A stretch of 64,000 bases of DNA. Origin: Planctomycetota bacterium. Lineage in GTDB: Bacteria; Planctomycetota; GCA-2746535. The stretch lies in assembly GCA_002746535.1 (NCBI GenBank), contig NVWA01000022.1, forward strand, positions 23,577 through 87,576. Reading direction: 5' to 3'. The translations under genes were made by a program, and so were the position numbers. Positions 9,076 to 19,612 of the stretch are shown here, in pieces; within the stretch, counting starts at the first letter, position 1; every line of letters begins with the position of its first letter. The notes under the pieces were generated by a model that made no database searches, was not told the origin of the DNA, and saw nothing but the letters and a program-made list of their open reading frames with translations.

Positions 9076-9468
9076 TTAAAAGAATTTTTTCTTTTCATTC
9101 AAATATCTCGTCACAACTAAACGATGGAGTTCAGTTTCTTTAACAACTTTTTGTTCAATGATTTTCTTTTTAGCACTTACTCGAATAAAGGTATTCATGC
9201 CTTCGGTATTTTCTTCTTCAGCTTCTTCATTAACAAAAAGCTCTCTTAATTCGCCATCATTAAGATTCAATCGTCTATCAAATAAAACATAAATATCATG
9301 GCCATTTTTATTCGTGAAATGTCGCAATAATACATCGCTACTTAAATTCATAAAAGCATTATCAAAACTACTTTCGATTTTTTTTGGTTTTAAAGGATCC
9401 TTTTTAACGTCTTTTTTCTTTTTTCTTAATGCTCTACGCTTTTTAGCATCAGCCGATTTTATACTCAT
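9076..9468 (-). CDS. Hypothetical basic protein
   Basis: 130-aa ORF between recN and pgsA-like on the same strand; lysine-rich N-terminus; no motif recognised. Confidence 0.35.
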   Translation of the reverse strand: MSIKSADAKKRRALRKKKKDVKKDPLKPKKIESSFDNAFMNLSSDVLLRHFTNKNGHDIYVLFDRRLNLNDGELRELFVNEEAEEENTEGMNTFIRVSAKKKIIEQKVVKETELHRLVVTRYLNEKKKFF

Positions 9469-9495
9469 TCAATTTCCTTTTTAAAATTTAAATAT

Positions 9496-10164
9496 TTAAT
9501 TTTCTTCTTTTATGCTTTCCATTGAAAATATTTTGACAGCATAATCAAGCCCAGACCAAACTGTTACGGCACATACTACCCACATAGTAACATCGCTAAC
9601 AAGCTGTACATTTATATTTTCCATATATGACATGACTCTTTCATCTTTAACATTCTTAAACAAATTCAAAAGGATTATGAGAAATAATCCTATGGCTTGT
9701 ACAATCGCTTTTAATTTTCCTGAAAGTCGAGCAGCAAATACAACTCCTTTTGACATGGCAATAATTCGTAAATAAGCAACTGACATATCTCTGAAAAAAA
9801 AGATATATACCGTCCACCAAGGAATTAAACCTATAAAGATTCCTTTTTCGAAAGTTCCATATTCAATATTCAGTTTTCCAATTTCGAATGTACCTAATTG
9901 ACTCAAAAATAAGAAAGCAGAAAATCTAAGCAATGAATCACAAAGTGGATCTAATAATTTACCAAGCTCGGAAACTTGCTCTAAAGACCGTGCCAAAATA
10001 CCATCAAAGGCATCCGTTAATTCACAAAAACCTAATACAAGAAAACTAGCTAACCACAACTCCCATGAATCCAGACGATGGGCATGATAAAAACACCATA
10101 ACAAAACAGGGATCAACAAAACCCTTAGAATCGTTACAAAATTAGCAATCGTCCAAATTTTCAT
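9496..10164 (-). CDS. pgsA: CDP-alcohol phosphatidyltransferase (phosphatidylglycerophosphate synthase-like)
   Basis: TDAFDGILARSLEQVSELGKLLDPLCDS matches the CDP-alcohol phosphotransferase signature D-G-x2-A-R-x8-G-x3-D-x3-D; multiple TM segments. Confidence 0.7.
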   Translation of the reverse strand: MKIWTIANFVTILRVLLIPVLLWCFYHAHRLDSWELWLASFLVLGFCELTDAFDGILARSLEQVSELGKLLDPLCDSLLRFSAFLFLSQLGTFEIGKLNIEYGTFEKGIFIGLIPWWTVYIFFFRDMSVAYLRIIAMSKGVVFAARLSGKLKAIVQAIGLFLIILLNLFKNVKDERVMSYMENINVQLVSDVTMWVVCAVTVWSGLDYAVKIFSMESIKEEN

Positions 10165-10323
10165 ATTTTAGGCATTCTAAACTCAGTAAAAAAGGTGAAT
10201 ATTCTCTATAAATTTACACAATAATAAAGAAGCAAAATAGATTCATTTGCAGATTTACCAATGATAAACTAGAATAGAAATATAAATAAAAAGTAATACT
10301 TTTTCTGATAGGTTTTCAATATC

Positions 10324-11832
10324 ATGCAAAACCGAATTTACCTGCATTTGACTGTTCTACTTGGAATATTTTTGATGTTAAATGCATCTTTATATTGGAT
10401 TGTTTTGCCAATTCTTGAAGATGAAATTCAATTCAATCAAGATAAAAAAGATAATGCTTTGGTCAAAACTTTTCATTCAATTCCTCAACTAGGATTTGAA
10501 GTTATAGATCTTAGAAATACTTTAAATGAAATTGAAAAGAATAAAAATAGCAAAGAAGATTTAATAAACTTTACCCATGGGATTTTAACACCCCTATTAA
10601 AAGACAATCTAGAAAAAATAATCATAAAATCATTTAATAATTTACCCGATAAGGACATAAATGTAGATGATTCCAATTTCGATCTGTGGAAGCAAAATCA
10701 ACCTAAACCTTTATACAACCCAGACCACCTATTCGACTCAAATCTAAATGTATTTAAAAAACCTACCACGACAAAGAAACAAACCATCAGTAATGAAAAA
10801 TACATCAAATTGGTTTTATCTCAATTCGATGATAAAAAATTAGAATCTATTGATAATCAATTTCATCAACATTTAAATAAGTGGAAGCCATTGTTTAAGC
10901 AGATGGAATTAAATTTAAAATCATTCAATTATCCTATCCCTGGTATTGTAAAAAATCAGGATAATTATATCAGCGATTTCACATACAAGCTAAATGATAA
11001 GAAAAATATCAACATTGCTTTCTTTCATTCAAAGCATGGACATTATTCACAAAAACCTTTTAATCATCAAGATATAATCCAACTTTCAGTTCTAAATCCA
11101 ATCAACCAGTCAATTGTCAATTTAAACCCACTTGTAACTTCCAATCTATTATTTGATTGGAACCAATTATCTCAAAAGTTTAAAACAGATTCAGGTTCAA
11201 CGATAGTTAATTACGAACATCAAAAAGTTCTTAGAACTTGGAAATGGGAACACACAAATCAATTAGGCAAATTAGCTATTTTAGACTTAAAGTATAATGA
11301 AGATTCTACTGATAGATTAAACATCACTATACTCTATGATTTTGCATTATTTACATTTTTAATTCTTATTGCCGTTTGGTTTACTTTTTATCAATCATCG
11401 AAAAAGAACTCCGAAAACAATAATAATGACGAAGAATTGAATATGCTAAAAGACAAGATACTTCAATTACAAAAATTAAAACCAAGAAACTTACAAGAAC
11501 CAGCTAATTATCAGGAGCCTAGACCCATTCAGGAACCTAGACCTACCCAGGATAATAGGTCTATCAGGAAGCAAACAAACACCCAAGTAAAAAGTGAATT
11601 CAATGAACCAATCGGACTCACACCTTCAAAAGGATCTCAACATTCTAAACCAAACCCACAACCACAAGATCCTTTTATTGAAGAAAAGAAAAAACCATCC
11701 TATTTATTACCACCGGAACAATCTTATATTGATACGAAAATTGACTATCAAAAAGATGGTCTTGATATCTTGATGAAAGAATCAAAAACTGACCTTCTAA
11801 AACAATTAGTTAAAAGAATACGAGAAGAGTAA
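10324..11832 (+). CDS. Membrane protein with proline-rich repeats (hypothetical); first gene of a three-gene coupled module
   Basis: N-terminal TM/signal anchor, second TM around ITILYDFALFTFLILIAVWFTF, then QEPANYQEPRPIQEPRPTQD repeats. The stop overlaps the next gene's start (TAATG at 11830-11834). Confidence 0.45.
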   Translation: MQNRIYLHLTVLLGIFLMLNASLYWIVLPILEDEIQFNQDKKDNALVKTFHSIPQLGFEVIDLRNTLNEIEKNKNSKEDLINFTHGILTPLLKDNLEKIIIKSFNNLPDKDINVDDSNFDLWKQNQPKPLYNPDHLFDSNLNVFKKPTTTKKQTISNEKYIKLVLSQFDDKKLESIDNQFHQHLNKWKPLFKQMELNLKSFNYPIPGIVKNQDNYISDFTYKLNDKKNINIAFFHSKHGHYSQKPFNHQDIIQLSVLNPINQSIVNLNPLVTSNLLFDWNQLSQKFKTDSGSTIVNYEHQKVLRTWKWEHTNQLGKLAILDLKYNEDSTDRLNITILYDFALFTFLILIAVWFTFYQSSKKNSENNNNDEELNMLKDKILQLQKLKPRNLQEPANYQEPRPIQEPRPTQDNRSIRKQTNTQVKSEFNEPIGLTPSKGSQHSKPNPQPQDPFIEEKKKPSYLLPPEQSYIDTKIDYQKDGLDILMKESKTDLLKQLVKRIREE

Positions 11833-12653
11833 TGTATACGAAATATTGGAAACTAACTGACAATCCGTTTAAAAATACACCGGATACAAATGTATTTTAC
11901 TTTTCTGCTCAGCATGAAAACGCTCTAACAAAAATGTTTTATACACTTCTTGAAAATAGAGGCGCGATGCTTTTAACAGGTGAATGTGGATGTGGCAAAA
12001 CATTGATATCCCGATTGTTTTATCAAGAACTACGAGCTCGAAGAGATAAATACCATGTTGTCCACATCGACAACCCAAATTTAACTCATATAGAGTTATT
12101 AAACGAAATACTATTTCAACTTGGTTCGAAAAATATTGGACAGCAAGATAAGGGTAAACTCTTGCAACTAATTAACCAAAAATTATCACGTTATTATAAT
12201 AATAATGAAAAAGTCGTCGTAATCGTCGACGAGGTTCAAAATATTCAGAGCAAATCATCCTTAGAAGAATTACGCTTACTTCTTAACCATCACAGGAATA
12301 ATGACTATATGTTAACATTATTTCTGATTGGACAGCCTGAATTCAACGATATTGTGCATAAATTCCCACAATTAGACCAAAGAATCAGCCTAAGATTCCA
12401 CTTAAAGCCTTTTTCGTTAAATGATTCGGTGAAATTTGTCGATTATAAGATCAGAAAAGCTGGTGGAGATCTGGGCAGTATTTTTCAAGCAAGTGCGATC
12501 AAAGAAATCTTTGAAGCCTCAAGAGGAATACCCCGAATCATAAATAACCTTTGCGATACAGCATTGTTAACGGCTTATAATTTAAAAAAAGAAAAAATTG
12601 ATAAAGATTTAATTCGTCAAGTACTGAAGGATCAACATATCATTAAATTATAA
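11832..12653 (+). CDS. ExeA/GspA/MshM-like AAA ATPase (short form, no peptidoglycan-binding domain)
   Basis: N-terminus L-x-x-NPF...F..S..HENAL, Walker A LTGECGCGKT and Walker B VVVIVDEVQN, as in COG3267 ExeA-family ATPases. Only 273 aa. Confidence 0.65.
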   Translation: MYTKYWKLTDNPFKNTPDTNVFYFSAQHENALTKMFYTLLENRGAMLLTGECGCGKTLISRLFYQELRARRDKYHVVHIDNPNLTHIELLNEILFQLGSKNIGQQDKGKLLQLINQKLSRYYNNNEKVVVIVDEVQNIQSKSSLEELRLLLNHHRNNDYMLTLFLIGQPEFNDIVHKFPQLDQRISLRFHLKPFSLNDSVKFVDYKIRKAGGDLGSIFQASAIKEIFEASRGIPRIINNLCDTALLTAYNLKKEKIDKDLIRQVLKDQHIIKL

Positions 12654-12655
12654 TT

Positions 12656-14290
12656 ATGGCTAAAAATAATAAAAAAAGCGAATGGGATTTTGGATGGGAT
12701 GAAAATTGGGATACCGATGAAATTGAAGAACAAGAAAAATCAAAGGTAGATCAATCATCACCTGAAGAAGTACAGCAATCTACCGAAGAACCCAAAAAAA
12801 TCGCCGAAGAAGTACAGCCATCACTTGAAAATATATTATCGGAAGAAGTCACCGCAAAACCAACTGAAGTATATTCTGATGAGAAAACGACCTTAACTAA
12901 AACAGAAAATGCTTTAGAAGAAGCTCTTTCTTTCCAACAAACTACTTCAGAATTTCAACCAGGACAATCCACGGGCCTTCAGTTGGAATGGGGTATTATT
13001 GATGATACCAAACCGGTAGATTTAAAGAGTCGATTAAAAAATCTAATCAATCCATTTAGCACTATAATGGATAGAAGAGAAAGCGCAGAAAGTTCAAGCA
13101 CACTTACACCAACATCGCTTTACAGTGATGAATCACTAAAAGAAGATGAAAAGCATAAAGAACAAAAAAGTATTGATGGTGATGAAAATGAACAAACCGA
13201 AAAATTACAACGTCCAGGATTTATTCCTAGATTTAAATCATCAATAACAAAAGATATTGCCACACCTGAGCCTACTCTACAAGTAGATGATCTTGCCCTT
13301 GGATTCAATAATTTAAATAGTGTTAGTGCTCGAGAAATGGATGATGTATTTGGATTACTAGAAGGATCATTAGGTAAATCTGATGCCGTTGAGTTTGACG
13401 AAGAAATATTAAATGATGAAAATATAAATTTCGTTGCTCACGAAAAGAAATTATCATTCGCCAAACCAGAAGTAATTGAAGAAGAAGTAATTGAAGAAGA
13501 AGTAATTGAGGAAGACTCAGCAGATGAAACTATGCTGTCAGACACACCCCCTGATGTCACCTTGATACCTGATATTAATCAAATCAAATTTGATTTAAAA
13601 TCCGCCCAAGAAAATAATATTCTTTTCGAAGAAGAAGAAATAGATGAAGTCATTCAAAGAATTCCTTTCGTCAGACAACAGCTAATTGATGACGGAATAA
13701 TAGTAGTTGAAGACGATGCTTTCACCGAAAAAGAAATTGGCCAGACTTTATTCCAAGGTGAAGATACCGGCGAAGAATATGAAGAAGAAGAAGAATATGA
13801 CGAAGCACTTGATACAACAGATGATTTATTAGATAGCTTACTAGATGAAATTGACGGTGATTTAGGTGAAAGCAGTTTTGCTGATTCTGATTTTGATGAC
13901 CTTGGATCATTCGGTCAAGATGAAATACTATCTGAATCAGATATTATGAATGATGATGATGAATCTGCTTTAGAATTCATGGATTCTGCAGCCATGGAAG
14001 TAGATAATCTTTTTGAAGATTTCTTCACACAAGATACAGATGATGGCAAAGAAGTAAAAGAAGCGAAACCTAGCATAGTTGATAAGTGGAAAGAACGAGT
14101 AAAACAGCTGAAAAGCTTACAAGTATTACTACTTCGATTCATCAAAGACCCTAAGTACTTTTTTGAATATTACTCTATCACCATAAAAGATGTTTATGTC
14201 TTTTTTGGTTTTATATTTTGCACCATTATTTATACAGGAATGATAAATTATCAGGCTTTGACTGATAACTTTCCTATGAACCTCTTCTAA
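12656..14290 (+). CDS. Highly acidic (D/E-rich) protein with tandem EEVIEEEVIEEEVIEE repeats and a C-terminal hydrophobic segment (hypothetical)
   Basis: The start is 2 nt after the stop of the ExeA-like gene. Extreme Glu/Asp content. A 15-bp tandem repeat sits at about 13470-13515. A C-terminal TM-like segment follows (VFFGFIFCTIIYTGMI). Confidence 0.45.
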   Translation: MAKNNKKSEWDFGWDENWDTDEIEEQEKSKVDQSSPEEVQQSTEEPKKIAEEVQPSLENILSEEVTAKPTEVYSDEKTTLTKTENALEEALSFQQTTSEFQPGQSTGLQLEWGIIDDTKPVDLKSRLKNLINPFSTIMDRRESAESSSTLTPTSLYSDESLKEDEKHKEQKSIDGDENEQTEKLQRPGFIPRFKSSITKDIATPEPTLQVDDLALGFNNLNSVSAREMDDVFGLLEGSLGKSDAVEFDEEILNDENINFVAHEKKLSFAKPEVIEEEVIEEEVIEEDSADETMLSDTPPDVTLIPDINQIKFDLKSAQENNILFEEEEIDEVIQRIPFVRQQLIDDGIIVVEDDAFTEKEIGQTLFQGEDTGEEYEEEEEYDEALDTTDDLLDSLLDEIDGDLGESSFADSDFDDLGSFGQDEILSESDIMNDDDESALEFMDSAAMEVDNLFEDFFTQDTDDGKEVKEAKPSIVDKWKERVKQLKSLQVLLLRFIKDPKYFFEYYSITIKDVYVFFGFIFCTIIYTGMINYQALTDNFPMNLF

Positions 14291-14582
14291 ATAATGACTG
14301 CCCAGCTGTTGTGACAAAAGTAATTTCAGAATACCCCAAAAAAATAATGTGATTCAGCCAGCATAATATTTGCAAAAAGAATATAATGCTCTTCCAATAA
14401 ATCAAACAGGTCATCAAGTTCAATTATATCCATGAATTTAAGAGGTAAAGTCAGGTAAATCAATTACCAAATCAAATGCTCTATTTGATTATATTATCAA
14501 TTTTGAGTTTATTTTTCTATTTCTAAGCTACAATCCCATTCCACAATATCTGCTAATAAACCTCAATAAGAAAGCTATATAT

Positions 14583-17500
14583 ATGACTTTTGCTCATTTA
14601 CATGTCCATACTGATTACTCCCTTCTTGACGGTGCTTGCAAGGTTAAATCACTTGTTCAAGAGGTAAAAAAGCTAGGTATGGAAGCAATTGCTGTTACCG
14701 ATCACGGAAATATGTTTGCCGCAATAGAATTATATAAAGCAGCAAAAGCAGAAAATATTAAACCGATTATTGGCATGGAATCTTATATTGCCCCAAACTC
14801 TAGATTTGATCGGAAAAATGCAACCCGTTCAAAAGAAGCGTCATTTCATTTACCTCTTTTAGCTTACTCGACTAAGGGTTACTATAACTTAGTTAAACTA
14901 TCATCACTTGCATATTTAGAAGGTTTTTATTATCGCCCAAGGATTGATAAAGAAATCCTTGAGAAATATCACGAAGGATTAATTGGATTATCAGGGTGTT
15001 TAGCAGGTGAGATATGTCAAAATATTTTAGCGGGTGAATATGAAAAAGCTGAAGAAGTCGCTTTGTACTTTGCAAATTTATTTGGCGAAGGAAACTTCTA
15101 TATTGAAATTCAACACAATGGCCTTGATGTCCAAGAAAAAGCCAATGAATATTTAATTAAATTAGCAAGAAAATTAAAACTCCCATTGGTGGCCACTAAC
15201 GATGTACACTACCTAACTAAAGTAGATTCAAAAAGCCATGACTGTTTACTATGTTTACAAACCAATAAAAAAAGACATGACGAAAAAAGATTTCGATTTC
15301 CTTCTGATGAATTTTATTTGAAATCAGATGAACAAATGCGAGGAGAATTTGCTCATGTTCCAGAAGTCTTCGACAATATTCAAGCCATAGTAGATAAAGT
15401 GAATATTGAACTAGAATTTAATAATTACCATTTACCTAAATTCGATACACCTGAAGGTTTTACCGATGCTAAATATTTAGAAAAATTAGCACTAGAAGGA
15501 TTAGAATACCGTTATGGGAATATTGAACAGGTGCATATTGAAAGATTAACAAAAGAATTAACAATCATTGAAGATATGGGCTTCCCCTCTTATTTTTTAA
15601 TTGTCTGGGATTTTATTAAATTTGCTCACGATCAAGGAATTCCCGTTGGACCAGGCCGAGGCTCAGGTGCTGGAAGTATTATTGCTTATGCAATTGGAAT
15701 CACTGATATCGACCCATTGAAATATGACTTGTTATTCGAACGGTTTTTAAATCCTGGTAGAAAATCGATGCCAGATTTTGATATAGATTTTTGTCAAGAA
15801 AGAAGACAAGAAGTCATTGACTATGTTTATGAGAAATATGGTAGAGACAATGTAAGCCAGATCATTACTTTTGGAACCATGGGCGCCAAGGGAGTTTTAA
15901 GAGATGTAGGTAGAGTGTTAGATATCCCCTTACCTATTGTCGATAAAATTGCAAAACTAATCCCAAAGACATTAAACATAACTTTACAAGAATCATTAAA
16001 TCAAGAAAAAGAATTGAGGGATTGGTGTTCAAGGGAACCCGAAATACAAGAATTGTTTCAAATTGCTCTTTCACTCGAAGGACAATGTCGTCATGCCGGA
16101 ACACACGCAGCTGGCGTAGTAATATCCGATAAACCTATCATGGAATACATACCACTTTACATGAGCAAAGGTGATGTAGCAACGCAATATACAATGTCTA
16201 TTGTTGAAGAATGTGGGCTCTTAAAAATGGACTTTTTAGGTCTACAAACGTTAACAGTAATTCAGAAAGCCATTGAACTAATTGAGGAAAACCATGGAGT
16301 AAAAATCACCAATGAAACAATTCCTTTAGACGATAAAAAAACATTCACCATGATGCAAGAAAGTAATACTATTGGGGTCTTTCAGCTGGAATCTTCTGGT
16401 TTTAGAGAGGTTATTGGTCGCTTAAAGCCGGACAGATTTGAAGATATTATAGCTTTGGTTGCTATGTACCGACCGGGTCCTTTAGATTCCGGCATGGTTG
16501 ACACATATATTGATGTAAAAAATGGAAAAGAAAAAGCCGAATATGACCACCCAATTCTGAAAGACATTTTGGAAGAAACTTACGGCGTGATTTTATATCA
16601 AGAACAAGTGATGAGAATAGCAAATATTTTATCAGGATTTAATCTTGAAGAGTCTGACAATTTAAGAAAAGCGATGGGTAAAAAAGTACCTAAAATCATG
16701 GCAGAGTTTAGAAGTCAATTTATAAAAGGTGCCGAAGCCAATGATGTTAGTGCGGCATTAGCAGCTAAAACTTATAACTATATAGAAAAATTTGCTGGTT
16801 ATGGTTTCAATAAATCACATAGTGCTGCCTACGCAATGATAGCTTATCGAACAGCCTATTTGAAATGTAATTACCCAGAAGAATACATGGCTGCATTAAT
16901 GACCTATGATCTTGGCAATACAGATAAATTAGTTTTTTATATTGAAGAATGCAAACGCTTAGGATTTGAAATTCTACCTCCAAACATCAATGATGGCGAA
17001 TGGGGTTTTAAACCATCACCGGGAAAAATTCATTTTGCCTTAGGTGCAATTAAAGGAGTTGGTAAAGGTCCTGTTGCAGAAATAGTAGCTCAAAGAAAAA
17101 TTGGTGGCGAATTTACATCTATCTATGATTTTTGCGAAAGATGTTCTCAAAAGAAAGTTGGACGTGCTTGTCTAGAAACTATGAATAAAGGAGGAGCTTT
17201 TCAATCCATCAATGAAAATTATGCTTTAATTGCCGCTACTATTGGAGAAGCCATCGATATAGCCGTTGCTAAACAAAAAGATATCGCTCAAGGACAAGCT
17301 TCATTATTCGAAGATGAACCGGAAGAAGAATTAGATTATTTTAATCAAAAAGATGTAAAAGAATGGGATCAAGACATGATCCTCAATTATGAAAAAGAAT
17401 ATCTTGGTTTATATTTATCAGGCCATCCACTTTCGAAACATACCGATATCATTAATAAATTTACAACCAAAAGACTCTTAGATTTACCAAATTGGCTAGA

Positions 17501-18050
17501 ATCTTTACCTCCGCCATCACCTGATGAAAAAGTAAGATATCGCAAGAAACCAGAGATATTAATCGGCGGAATGATTACATCAATAAAAGAATTAACGACC
17601 AAGAAGAAACAAGAAAAAATGGCTGCTTTTATTTTTGAAGATTTAGAATCAAGTGTTAATTGCATTGTTTTCCCGAGACAGTATCAACTGATAAAACAAC
17701 ATTTACAAGAATCTAATATAGTTTTCATAAGGGCTGAAGCTGATAACTCCAGAGATGAAATGCAACTCATCGTCAACGAGATCACACCGATCATAGATGC
17801 AAAAGTAGCTTTCTCGAGTTCTTTAACTATCACTAAACTCAAACAAAAAAGTTTCGCAGAAAAAACAAATAAGCTGCAACAGTTGTTTCTAGATTATAAA
17901 GGAGACTGTCCCATATATTTAGAAATAGATACTCCGGATAACATGCAAATGACCTTCCAAGTATCAAACAAATATTATGTATCACCCACAGAAGAATTTG
18001 AATTTAAATTAAAAAATATATTACCGGACGCACATTTAATATATCAATGA
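14583..18050 (+). CDS. dnaE: DNA polymerase III alpha subunit
   Basis: PHP domain start MTFAHLHVHTDYSLLDGA, polymerase core motifs (GPGRGSGAGS, FDIDF), OB-fold tail; 1155 aa. Confidence 0.85.
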   Translation: MTFAHLHVHTDYSLLDGACKVKSLVQEVKKLGMEAIAVTDHGNMFAAIELYKAAKAENIKPIIGMESYIAPNSRFDRKNATRSKEASFHLPLLAYSTKGYYNLVKLSSLAYLEGFYYRPRIDKEILEKYHEGLIGLSGCLAGEICQNILAGEYEKAEEVALYFANLFGEGNFYIEIQHNGLDVQEKANEYLIKLARKLKLPLVATNDVHYLTKVDSKSHDCLLCLQTNKKRHDEKRFRFPSDEFYLKSDEQMRGEFAHVPEVFDNIQAIVDKVNIELEFNNYHLPKFDTPEGFTDAKYLEKLALEGLEYRYGNIEQVHIERLTKELTIIEDMGFPSYFLIVWDFIKFAHDQGIPVGPGRGSGAGSIIAYAIGITDIDPLKYDLLFERFLNPGRKSMPDFDIDFCQERRQEVIDYVYEKYGRDNVSQIITFGTMGAKGVLRDVGRVLDIPLPIVDKIAKLIPKTLNITLQESLNQEKELRDWCSREPEIQELFQIALSLEGQCRHAGTHAAGVVISDKPIMEYIPLYMSKGDVATQYTMSIVEECGLLKMDFLGLQTLTVIQKAIELIEENHGVKITNETIPLDDKKTFTMMQESNTIGVFQLESSGFREVIGRLKPDRFEDIIALVAMYRPGPLDSGMVDTYIDVKNGKEKAEYDHPILKDILEETYGVILYQEQVMRIANILSGFNLEESDNLRKAMGKKVPKIMAEFRSQFIKGAEANDVSAALAAKTYNYIEKFAGYGFNKSHSAAYAMIAYRTAYLKCNYPEEYMAALMTYDLGNTDKLVFYIEECKRLGFEILPPNINDGEWGFKPSPGKIHFALGAIKGVGKGPVAEIVAQRKIGGEFTSIYDFCERCSQKKVGRACLETMNKGGAFQSINENYALIAATIGEAIDIAVAKQKDIAQGQASLFEDEPEEELDYFNQKDVKEWDQDMILNYEKEYLGLYLSGHPLSKHTDIINKFTTKRLLDLPNWLESLPPPSPDEKVRYRKKPEILIGGMITSIKELTTKKKQEKMAAFIFEDLESSVNCIVFPRQYQLIKQHLQESNIVFIRAEADNSRDEMQLIVNEITPIIDAKVAFSSSLTITKLKQKSFAEKTNKLQQLFLDYKGDCPIYLEIDTPDNMQMTFQVSNKYYVSPTEEFEFKLKNILPDAHLIYQ

Positions 18051-19612
18051 TTTTAAAAAACATATTTATTTTTATATTTCTATTAACAAGTTTAAATTGC
18101 GTTTATGCTGAATCATTAAAATCAGAAAAAGTCACTTTTGAATTGGATAATGAAATTGTCCACCCAGAACTTAAGAATAAAAAAGAAAAGAAACAAACCG
18201 TTTCTGTCGATATCATTATTCCAACTTCAGCCCCGTCTAAAAATGCTTGGTTACATAGAATATGGGAAAGCGATTACAAATTAAAAAAATCCATTCAACT
18301 TCTTGAAATTGGAATAAGTTATCAAATCAATGGAATCATCATAAATGGCGAAGACTATTTAAAAGCAAATATAAAAGAAAAAAAAATATTTTCGAAATTA
18401 TGCAACGAATACAATGTAAACGTAATACTAAAATCTCCAAAATTTGGCTTGCCGATCAAAAGTTCTCAGTTAAATATTTTTAAGAAACTATCAAATGATC
18501 CTATTGCCAACGGAGTATTAATCACCTTTTCACCTATCACGTTGTCAGAGAAACAGACACAACAATACTTTGACTTAGTATACAATGCCGTTACCAACAA
18601 GAATTTACCAATATACATTGAGCCCTTCTCAACACACAACTATTTCCTGCAAGCATTAGCATCGGCAAAAAATAAGAATATTCTTCCTGTTCAAAATTGG
18701 GTCGAACCAAAATGGTCTCTAACCGCCCCTTTTTCATCACGTATAGAAAAATTTAAAAACCCACAAATTTTAAGAATGGACATCTCTCTAAAACAATTTG
18801 GCAATAACAATTCATTTGCTTTGATGCAAGATTATATTGGTTATCGACATACCCAATGTTTAGAAAAGGCACCAAACGCACACGGCATGATTGTTTCTTT
18901 TGGTAATCAATTTACTTCTTTTGGAACTATGAATGCCATTAACATTTATACTATTTCAGAGTTACTATTAGACAAAGAAAAAGATATTGATGAAATTAAT
19001 TATCAATGGTTTACGGCCATGTATGGTGAAAAAACCGGCGATGCATTATTTGAACTAACTTCTAATTCGATTAACATTATCAGAAAAACGATTTATATTC
19101 GTGGAAATTATAATTCAAACTTTAGCAGTAAGATGCTACCAACACCACCGAAACATTTTTTAACCAATACCAATTTCTCTCAATGGTTTAAAATAAATAA
19201 AAAGCTATCTACCACAGCCACTTTAATTTACCGTGAAAAAATTTGGGCAAATGAATTAGTCACTAAACTTTTTAATGAGTACACAGACTTTAGTAAAAAG
19301 CATAAACTACTAGATTCAAAAATTTCTCTAATACAAATTAAAAACCTCAAAACAAAAGTTGAACTCTACAAGTGCTGGACAAAACTTTTATTGACCGCAC
19401 AACATCATAGAATTAAAAAAGACAATTCAGATTTATTAAAACTTAATAAATATTTGAAATTTTTCCCAGAATTAAAACCAACTTTGGGAAATTTCGAAGA
19501 AATATATATTCTTCACAAGAAGGATTCAATCACATTAATACCAAAAGAAAATTTACCTTCTCATATAAACAAAATCTTAAAAGATTCTACAAAGAAAAAA
19601 AACAATGAATGA
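18047..19612 (+). CDS. Secreted hypothetical protein (signal peptide), translationally coupled to dnaE and dprA
   Basis: ATGA overlap with the dnaE stop. N-terminal signal peptide MILKNIFIFIFLLTSLNCVYA. Its stop overlaps the dprA start by 8 nt. No recognisable catalytic motif. Confidence 0.5.
   Translation: MILKNIFIFIFLLTSLNCVYAESLKSEKVTFELDNEIVHPELKNKKEKKQTVSVDIIIPTSAPSKNAWLHRIWESDYKLKKSIQLLEIGISYQINGIIINGEDYLKANIKEKKIFSKLCNEYNVNVILKSPKFGLPIKSSQLNIFKKLSNDPIANGVLITFSPITLSEKQTQQYFDLVYNAVTNKNLPIYIEPFSTHNYFLQALASAKNKNILPVQNWVEPKWSLTAPFSSRIEKFKNPQILRMDISLKQFGNNNSFALMQDYIGYRHTQCLEKAPNAHGMIVSFGNQFTSFGTMNAINIYTISELLLDKEKDIDEINYQWFTAMYGEKTGDALFELTSNSINIIRKTIYIRGNYNSNFSSKMLPTPPKHFLTNTNFSQWFKINKKLSTTATLIYREKIWANELVTKLFNEYTDFSKKHKLLDSKISLIQIKNLKTKVELYKCWTKLLLTAQHHRIKKDNSDLLKLNKYLKFFPELKPTLGNFEEIYILHKKDSITLIPKENLPSHINKILKDSTKKKNNE

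Noticed and set aside
14129-14317. 62-aa minus-strand ORF overlapping the end of the acidic protein gene and the dnaE upstream region
   Set aside because: It overlaps the 3' end of a plus-strand gene and has no start context. Likely spurious.
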